A stretch of 64,000 nucleotides of DNA from an uncultured bacterium (lineage in GTDB: Bacteria > Cyanobacteriota > Vampirovibrionia > Gastranaerophilales > Gastranaerophilaceae): NCBI GenBank assembly GCA_948684385.1, contig CAPQCU010000001.1, positions 244,545-308,544 of the forward strand, given 5' to 3'. The position numbers were made by a program, and so were the translations under genes. The notes beneath the pieces are model-generated. The model saw nothing but the letters and a program-made list of their open reading frames with translations. It made no database searches and was not told the DNA's origin. Of this stretch, positions 57,736 through 64,000 are shown piece by piece. Every line of letters starts with the position of its first letter. Position 1 is the first letter of the stretch.

Positions 57736-58223
57736 TGGAAGGGAAAGATTATCGACATACCGCCAGTTTTGGAAAACGTGCCGAATATTTTATAATTGCT
57801 CAAATGTTAAAAGAAGGCTTGGATTGTTATGTTCCATTAGTTGATGACGAGGGAATTGATGTTGTAGTCAAAAAAGATGATAAAACATTTGTAATGGTTC
57901 AAATAAAAGCTAGATCTAAATTTGTGAGAAATGGTGATGCTGCATTATTTGCCGGTTTACATCACGAACATCGGGATAATTATTTCTTTGTTTTCTACTC
58001 AGAAAGGATGCAAAAAGATACCGAAAAGCCATTTTACTGGATTTTATCTTCAGAAGAATTTTTAAATTTAGCTAGTACAAATAAAAAAGGAAAACATATT
58101 GGTTCTAAATGCGTATGGTTCAATGGATATAGAATAAACAAAAAGACCGGTAAAAAAGAAGAATATATTAAAGAACAATTCCAACAATATGTTTACACCG
58201 ATTTCAAAAAAATTATATCGTAA
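57735..58223 (+). CDS. small PD-(D/E)xK-fold protein embedded in the R-M operon
   Basis: 162 aa. GKRAEYFIIAQMLKEGLDCYVPLVDDEGIDVVV...VMVQIKAR fits an E...D...(Q)xK nuclease core. Its start overlaps the upstream stop (TAATG). Confidence 0.5.
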   Translation: MEGKDYRHTASFGKRAEYFIIAQMLKEGLDCYVPLVDDEGIDVVVKKDDKTFVMVQIKARSKFVRNGDAALFAGLHHEHRDNYFFVFYSERMQKDTEKPFYWILSSEEFLNLASTNKKGKHIGSKCVWFNGYRINKKTGKKEEYIKEQFQQYVYTDFKKIIS

Positions 58224-58240
58224 AGGAGTACCAAATATTT

Positions 58241-59098
58241 ATGTCAAGAGATTTTAAAGAGTGGCTATCTACATTTAGACCTTGTATTGCAGATTATTGC
58301 TACTATGTAGATTTTAATAAGGTAAACAAAAATGTTGATGATATAAAAGTTGAGCTCAATATTTTAAATTCACTAGTTGGTTCAAAAAGCATTGAAAAAG
58401 ACTTTGAAGATATTATCACTAAATATCCTGAAACTCTAAAATGTATTCCATTGCTTTTAGCTGTTCGTTCTAACGAAATTTCAGTTACAGATGCTAATGG
58501 CGAATACAATTTTTCTTTCAAGAAACAAAACTACAGTATAGATGATTATAAAATATTTATGAGAAAAACTAAGTTGTTTGATTTGCTTGAAAACCACATT
58601 GTAAGCAATTTAGTTGACTATGCAACCGGCGTAGAAACAGGATTAGACAGCAATGGTCGTAAAAATCGCGGCGGTCATTTGATGGAAAATCTTGTAGAAG
58701 ATTATATTCAAAAGGCAGGATTTATAAAGAGTGAAAACTATTTCAAAGAAATGTATATTCACGAAATTGAAGAAAAATGGGGTGTTACTCTTTCTGCAAT
58801 TTCAAATCAAGGCAAAATGGAAAAACGTTTTGATTTTGTGATTAAAACAGCCAATCAAATTTATGTAATTGAAACAAATTTCTATTCAAGTGGCGGTTCA
58901 AAACTCAATGAGACGGCTAGAAGTTATAAAACTTTAGCACAAGAGGTTGCAACAATAGATGGTGTAACTTTTATTTGGTTTACTGACGGCTGCGGTTGGA
59001 ATAGTGCAAGAAACAATCTTGAAGAAACTTTTGATGTTTTAGATACTGTTTATAATATTCGGGATTTAGAAGATGGAGTATTAAAGAATTTATTATAA
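58241..59098 (+). CDS. DpnII/MboI-family type II restriction endonuclease (GATC)
   Basis: NLVDYATGVETGLDSNGRKNRGG, FDFVIKT...YVIETNFYSSGGSKLNETARSY and WFTDGCGW match the DpnII/MboI signature blocks as I recall them. Confidence 0.85.
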   Translation: MSRDFKEWLSTFRPCIADYCYYVDFNKVNKNVDDIKVELNILNSLVGSKSIEKDFEDIITKYPETLKCIPLLLAVRSNEISVTDANGEYNFSFKKQNYSIDDYKIFMRKTKLFDLLENHIVSNLVDYATGVETGLDSNGRKNRGGHLMENLVEDYIQKAGFIKSENYFKEMYIHEIEEKWGVTLSAISNQGKMEKRFDFVIKTANQIYVIETNFYSSGGSKLNETARSYKTLAQEVATIDGVTFIWFTDGCGWNSARNNLEETFDVLDTVYNIRDLEDGVLKNLL

Positions 59099-59952
59099 TG
59101 AGAGAATCAATCATTGATAAAATAAATAACACAAATATAAATTACTCAGATGAAATGATAAGAATTGAACTTATTTTTTCTAAAGCACCAATTGTAGAAC
59201 ATTTCTATGTAGAAAATTTTGGTTTGCCTGCTACTAATATGATGACTATTGAAAAATATATTAATGATTTTCTTTTTATTAAATATGAATATGCAGGAAC
59301 ATATATTTCAGTTAGAGATATGCGAAGTAGTTTAAAAATTACAGAAAAAGATTTAAATAAAAATAACAAAGAAAGACTTTTATTATATTACGAGTTTATA
59401 CTTAACATGATTTCACTATTAAATAGAAAACTTTTACCTACAGATCGATATAATAAAAGCAGTGTAAATAAGTTATTAAATAATATCCAAATAGTACTAG
59501 AAAAACTTAATTATAGAATAGTAGAAAAAAATAATTATTTTTATATTATAGAAAAGGATATTAGTTCAAGTGCTATTAGTGAAATATATCCAGAACTTTC
59601 TGATACCATTATTGAATATCGAAGATTTGATCTAAAAGGTAATCTCGTTGCCAAAAGAAATATTTTACAAACATTATCTTTAAAAGTTGAAGGAATTGAA
59701 TCAAAGTTAAAAGGGACTACGTATAATCCATTAGTAAGAGATTTGAAAAATTTATATAACAATTTGCATATCAGACATAATAATTTGGGAGAAAATCCAA
59801 ATAACAATATAATTGAAATGGATGATAAAACTCTTGAAAATTGGTATGATATAACCTATGATACCACTCTTACAGCACTTATGATATGTAATTATCTTGA
59901 TTATCACACAAAAATTGATTCATTGCCGAATTATTATCAGAATAAAAACTAA
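59098..59952 (+). CDS. hypothetical protein translationally coupled to the restriction endonuclease gene
   Basis: 284 aa. Its ATG overlaps the REase stop (TAATG). No recognised motif. Confidence 0.5.
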   Translation: MRESIIDKINNTNINYSDEMIRIELIFSKAPIVEHFYVENFGLPATNMMTIEKYINDFLFIKYEYAGTYISVRDMRSSLKITEKDLNKNNKERLLLYYEFILNMISLLNRKLLPTDRYNKSSVNKLLNNIQIVLEKLNYRIVEKNNYFYIIEKDISSSAISEIYPELSDTIIEYRRFDLKGNLVAKRNILQTLSLKVEGIESKLKGTTYNPLVRDLKNLYNNLHIRHNNLGENPNNNIIEMDDKTLENWYDITYDTTLTALMICNYLDYHTKIDSLPNYYQNKN

Positions 59953-60050
59953 TAACTCTATTATGTCCAAATGTAACTTCTTTCGTGTTTTCACTAGCAT
60001 TCCTCTATATTTATCAGTAATGTGTTGAGTGTCAAAAAGGAGGATTGGTT

Positions 60051-60281
60051 ATGAAAGAAGTTAGTGGTTTTAATATTACGGACAAAGAATTTAAGTTATT
60101 AAGCAAGAAGACCGAAGCGGTTTATAACATATCGGTTGTTACTGATTATTTTTGCCAAACTCAACAAGAAATTGAAGAGTTATACAATTTAACGCCAATT
60201 ATTAAAAATTTAAGAGCAGAAGCAGATTTTTTGAATGCGTTTTTTATTCAAGCAGAAGGGAATAAAGATTCTTTAGTTTAA
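60051..60281 (+). CDS. small acidic helical protein, paralogue of 25325-25555
   Basis: RBS AAAGGAGG. The upstream 60 nt also resemble the upstream region of the 25325 copy. Confidence 0.65.
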   Translation: MKEVSGFNITDKEFKLLSKKTEAVYNISVVTDYFCQTQQEIEELYNLTPIIKNLRAEADFLNAFFIQAEGNKDSLV

Positions 60282-60394
60282 ACAATAACTAAACCCTGTT
60301 CAAAAAGTGTTCAAAAGCTGTTCTATTGAATTTAATTTGTGCAAATGTATAATTAGTATTCAAATGGCAATTTTAAAGCAATAAACGGCTAGGA

Positions 60395-60805
60395 TCAAAA
60401 ATCAAAATTCCATTCTTCGTCATCATTGAACAAATCTTCTTCGGTATCTTGTTTTTTGATAGCAATATTGAGTAATTCTTCTAAAGTTAGTTTTTTAGTT
60501 TTTGGTTTAACCATTTCTTCAGTTATGTTTAGAAATTTATTCAGTCTTGAAACATCGATTTGCTGGTTATTTACCAAATCTTCATTAAAGTCATCAAGCA
60601 TTTGGCGAACTAATTGGTACATATCGTAATTAGTCAATGTTTGTTTATTCAAGTATTCTTTTCGCTTTTCACCCCAATTCCCTTCTGCTTTCCATCGACG
60701 AACAGTCCTGTCGCTTATTCCAAGACGCTTTGCAACTCCGACTTCGGTTATAAACTGTTCAACGTACATTTTTTCTGCTTTATCAAAATATTTATTTTTC
60801 TTCAT
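60395..60805 (-). CDS. HTH protein (terminase-small-subunit-like / DUF1804-like)
   Basis: VGVAKRLGISDRTVRRWKAEGNWGEKR, with an acidic C-terminal tail. Overlaps the transposase stop by 4 nt. Confidence 0.5.
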   Translation of the reverse strand: MKKNKYFDKAEKMYVEQFITEVGVAKRLGISDRTVRRWKAEGNWGEKRKEYLNKQTLTNYDMYQLVRQMLDDFNEDLVNNQQIDVSRLNKFLNITEEMVKPKTKKLTLEELLNIAIKKQDTEEDLFNDDEEWNFDF

Positions 60806-62791
60806 AAAGCCTTCGTCCTCATTGCTTCCATTTCAATTCGCTCTTTTTCCAAAATTTTATCAGTTTCAAACAAATACAATTTTTCTTCCGGCTTTTTATC
60901 TTCTAAAAATACAGATAAATCCTGTCTATCAAATGCTTCCATCTCTTTGTTTTTCTGAATAGCTTTATCCATATTGGTATTGGCAATTTTTGAAATTTTA
61001 ATACTCTTTTTGAAATTTTTATTAGTAGAATCGTAAGCAGCTTTATAATTTTCATATTGTTCTTCAAGCGAAATTTCACGAGATTGTTTGATATAAGCCT
61101 TTGTAATTTTCAGATTCCGTTTTTTTATAGATAGTGCTTCTTTAAATTCCTCTTTTGATACTTTATCTGCGTGTAACGCCGCAACCGCTTTAACAGCTTT
61201 GACTGTTCCGACAAACTCATCATTATCTGCCTTAAAAGCCCACGCTTCTTTGTAATCCTGAACCTCCCGACGAAGATATACTTTCAAACCTGTTCTTGTA
61301 ATCATCCAGTCTGCCCAGTAAGTAATACCGAGTTGCCTGTCTTGAATACCGTTTCGCCCAATTGTAAAATTACGGGAAGTCCTCATACAAAATAGTTTCA
61401 AAGCATCGCGTGACGGTGTAATTTTTTCTGCGTACTCATTGTAAAATAATTCGTCAGGACAGATTCCGTTTAGATTTTTACCGTTTGAAGGCTTTTTATT
61501 TAAAACATTCAGGATAAAATCATCAAATATTTTCTTAAAATCTTCAAATTGCATAATTTTACCTGCTTTAATTTCTTTTGTCAGTTTTTTAGGGCGTTCA
61601 ACGACATTTCCGCCGCGATAACCTACGCAATGTTTTGAGAGCAATTCTTTAATCTTTAGAAAATCTCTTTCAACAGGTTTTGTTTGAGCATTATATGGAA
61701 GTGCAAAATGTACATTAACATTCAATTCCTTTAGCATTGCAGAAGTTTGACCTTTGCTGATATCAATCTTAAAATTTGACCTGCCGCCCGCAAAATCCTT
61801 TGAGCGGTAATCTTTCCCGTTGTCAATAATCACATCTTTTGGCAAACCAAATTTTTGTGCTGCATAATAAAAAGACTGAAAAATAAAATCAGAATTTGGA
61901 TTTTTTGTTTGCAAAATCCAACCGAGCCATTTACCGGATTTGTAATCTCGCCAAACCGTAACCCAAGGGAAAACGACTTTTCCATCTGAGTCAAAACAAG
62001 CAACATCAATCTGTGCGTGATCTGATACCCAAACTTCATTACAGGTTATATTTGAGTAATCTCTATCTATATACCCGCCATACTTTCTATTCCAAGCAGA
62101 TTGACCATATCGTGCCAAATAAATCCCCTGTTTCGGAATCTCTTTATCAAGCCTGCGTTTGAATGCCATAAAACTTGGAAAAGTTTCTCTATCTGCGTTA
62201 AATTCTCTTATTGCATAGCCCAAAGTCAAATCCCAACAAGTTCTTAGAGATGGTGCCCCTTCAACTAAATATAGGGTTTTAAAATATTCAAAATAATCAT
62301 CTTGGACTGAACTTCCTCTTAAATGTTGTCCGTGTCTTGATAGCAATCCGTTTAAACCATATCTGAAATATCTTCTTCGCATTTTTATAACGGATGAGTA
62401 AGAAGTTGGTTCATTTGATTCGTTCCATTCTTCAATAAATTGCTTTAAATCGTTGCCTTTTAGTCTGATATTTCGTTCGCAAATTAAATAATGCCGTTAC
62501 AATATCGACTCTTGCTAATGCGTTTAATTTTGCGTTCTCTGAAATAAAGTTCACTTTATTTTCTACAGGAATTAAAGCTGTTGATTTAATTCCTTCATTT
62601 TCAAGTTTCTCTTGAATTTCAGATTCTAAACTTGAATACAAAACCTCATAAGAAGTTCCGCCATTAACTTTAACTTCCCGAGCTATGTATTTTCCTTTTT
62701 GAATAGCAATCCTAATCGAACGGGTACTTTTTAACCCTTTTGCTTCTGCGATTCGTTTAATATCTATGTAGTGTTCGTTCATCGTACACAC
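60802..62791 (-). pseudogene. Mu-family DDE transposase split by a +1 frame change
   Basis: The 62432-62791 ORF is the HTH N-terminus. The 60802-62382 ORF carries the DDE core (WVSDHAQIDV, IIDNGKDYRS, NAQTKPVERDF, TIGRNGI). The frames overlap around the A4 run (minus strand) at 62458-62461. Confidence 0.75.
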
Positions 62792-62809
62792 ACATTAACT
62801 CGTTTTAAG

Positions 62810-63100
62810 CCACAATGGAACACCATTTCCGAGCTTTATGTTGTTTTGTGTTGAGAAAATCTATTTCCGACCTTTGAGCAAAAATTACCGACCTCAAAAT
62901 AAATTTGAAATTACTCACATAGTCCTCAAAAGTCAAATAATCATTTTACCCGTACAATTTAGTAAAATCGGGGAAATGCAGGACTGTAATTAGGTTTTTA
63001 AAACAAAACATTGGAAATTTGAGCCCAATTTTGATACTCAAAAGAGACTTTTGAGTAATTTGCGTAACGCATAAAACGATTATTTCCGACAGCCTAAACT
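62810..63100 (-). repeat. right-end repeat array (GTCGG(A/T)A sites on the minus strand, CTCAAAA repeats)
   Basis: TTCCGAC at 62865 and 63084, TTACCGAC at 62885, AATGGAACACCATTTCC at 62814, palindrome TACTCAAAAG-AGA-CTTTTGAGTA near 63045. Confidence 0.55.
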
Positions 63101-63220
63101 CAAACACCAAGCCAACTATGCCGAATAATACTTCTATGTGTTCAGATAAAATGTCCTGTTAAAGTACAAGATGCTTACCCGGCGGCAAATATTTTTTATT
63201 TATTTATAGCATAAATCAAC

Positions 63221-63256
63221 AAAAAACGGAACACATATTCTTGTGTTCCGTTTTTT
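63221..63256 (-). terminator. bidirectional hairpin terminator downstream of the tRNA
   Basis: AAAAAA-CGGAACACA-TATTCT-TGTGTTCCG-TTTTTT. Confidence 0.8.
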
Positions 63257-63327
63257 GGGCCCGGAGGGATTCGAACCCACGACCAAAGGATTATGAGTCC
63301 TCTGCGCTACCGCTGCGCCACAGGCCC
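63256..63327 (-). tRNA. tRNA with CAT anticodon (elongator Met, or Ile2 if lysidinylated)
   Basis: Reverse complement: GGGCCTGTGGCGCAGCGGTAGCGCAGAGGACTCATAATCCTTTGGTCGTGGGTTCGAATCCCTCCGGGCCCA. Cloverleaf with a 7-bp acceptor stem, CTCATAA anticodon loop and GGTTCGAAT T-loop. Confidence 0.9.
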
Positions 63328-63369
63328 TAAATTATGGCGTCTTAATTATTTACTTGTCATGTGCCTGGC

Positions 63370-63455
63370 CTGTGTCTTACGTTAGCTGCGCTACCTGCCT
63401 CTCCTTGGAAGATACTCAATCTTCCTCGTCGGCAGAGTGCCACAGGCCCGTGGCA
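63370..63455 (-). ncRNA. candidate structured, tRNA-derived RNA upstream of the tRNA
   Basis: The minus strand reads GGGCCTGTGGCAC...GGTAGCGCAG...CACAGGCC. It reuses the acceptor and D-arm sequence of the adjacent tRNA and contains a perfect hairpin, GGAAGAT-TGAGT-ATCTTCC. Confidence 0.3.
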
Positions 63456-63495
63456 TAAACTTATACTAACAGCTAAATATAAAAAAATCAACCTG

Positions 63496-63735
63496 TTATT
63501 CTAATAATCCGTGTTTTAATAATAAATTTGCAAGCTCAAAATCGCTTTTATCAATCTCTTCTATCAATCTTTTTTGATTATTTTTGATAATATTTATTAT
63601 TTCAAACAAAGCTTCCGGATTGAACTCTTCTTGATATATGTTTTTGCAATATCCATGCATAATTTCTATCAAGTTGGAATTTTTAATAGCCAGCTCAATT
63701 ATGTTATCAAAAATTTTTAAATCTTCTGCACTCAT
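63496..63735 (-). CDS. small hypothetical protein
   Basis: 79 aa. RBS GAGGTGAATT-ATG. Confidence 0.5.
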   Translation of the reverse strand: MSAEDLKIFDNIIELAIKNSNLIEIMHGYCKNIYQEEFNPEALFEIINIIKNNQKRLIEEIDKSDFELANLLLKHGLLE

Positions 63736-63857
63736 AATTCACCTCATTAATTTTAATATACAATAAACAAAAATATATTAAAATATTTCACGAAAAAAAT
63801 TAATAAAATTTTATATTTCGCGATTTTTCTTGATTTTATGCTATAATATTTAAGAGT

Positions 63858-63967
63858 AGGGGTAAACGAAGAAATTGGGAAGCCAACCTACAAACTAGTA
63901 AGAATGGTGCAAAGGGGTAAATGAAGGGGTTGGAAGGTACAGCCTACAAGTTGGGAAGAAAGGTTAA
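63858..63967 (+). repeat. tandem pair of about 55-nt units starting AGGGGTAAA(C/T)GAAG, downstream of an extended -10 promoter
   Basis: TGCTATAAT at 63838-63846. Units start at 63858 and 63913 and share AGGGGTAAAYGAAG, TTGG, CCTACAA and AAGAA.GGT. A related AGTAGGGGTAAATGA occurs at 9481. Confidence 0.45.
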
Positions 63968-64000
63968 AGCCTGAATAATGGTATAGTATTTTGCCAGGTA

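Larger units (their letters stand above)
16990..63220. mobile_element. about 46 kb mosaic accessory/defence island between hxlR and a tRNA 3' end, bracketed by two inward-facing Mu-family transposase modules
   Basis: Content switches from housekeeping genes to transposases, recombinases, R-M systems and unknown genes. Inverted GTCGGA-type site arrays occur at both extremes. Exact termini were not determined. Confidence 0.6.

Noticed and set aside
17618-62791. Mu-like prophage
   Set aside because: Transposase, Mor-like and DUF1804-like genes are present. There are no portal, capsid, tail, lysis or MuB genes anywhere between the ends. The elements are better described as Mu-family transposons or remnants.
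17044-63168. TGTA...TACA as exact termini of a single Mu-like element with a 5-bp target duplication
   Set aside because: The flanking pentamers (GAGAA at the left, AGATG at the right) do not match, and similarity beyond the first 4 nt is weak. The ends remain undefined.

Overview
Low-GC bacterial chromosome segment; I cannot assign a taxon from sequence alone. Positions 1-16960 are ordinary core genome: polysaccharide glycosyltransferases, a GH57 glycosidase, tRNA-Leu(CAA), thrS, tgt, ndk, a ComF-like protein, metG, an alpha/beta hydrolase, an M48 protease, and a cupin/HxlR pair. From about 17.0 kb to 63.2 kb lies a roughly 46 kb mosaic accessory island, sitting between hxlR and the 3' end of a tRNA with a CAT anticodon (63256-63327). 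The island is bracketed by two inward-facing Mu-family DDE transposase modules, each with an upstream array of GTCGGA-type repeats. The left transposase is intact (17684-19624) and the right one is frameshifted (60802-62791). Cargo I can support: (i) a RosmerTA-like pair (unknown protein plus an XRE-ImmA fusion); (ii) two R-M cassettes that each carry a Dam-class and a beta-class methyltransferase, the second clearly DpnII/MboI type (GATC) with two extra embedded genes; (iii) a transposon module of DDE transposase, AAA+ ATPase and a catalytically degenerate tyrosine-recombinase-like protein (37191-41517), plus an older truncated copy (26467-28555); (iv) a large serine recombinase module with ParB-like genes; (v) a CoA-disulfide-reductase/rhodanese/TusA/DsrE fusion and an SMR exporter; (vi) a minus-strand array of seven unknown genes, followed by an orphan ABC-type ATPase; (vii) a WYL regulator followed by a three-gene ABC-3C-type system (REase-fold effector, small helical protein, DUF3732-like coiled-coil ABC ATPase). 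My top candidates for an undescribed system are the WYL plus ABC-3C locus, then the transposon with the inactivated integrase-like third subunit, then the extra genes wired into the DpnII operon. I saw no CRISPR array, rRNA gene or phage structural genes. All family assignments come from motif recognition by eye and need HMM or structure confirmation.
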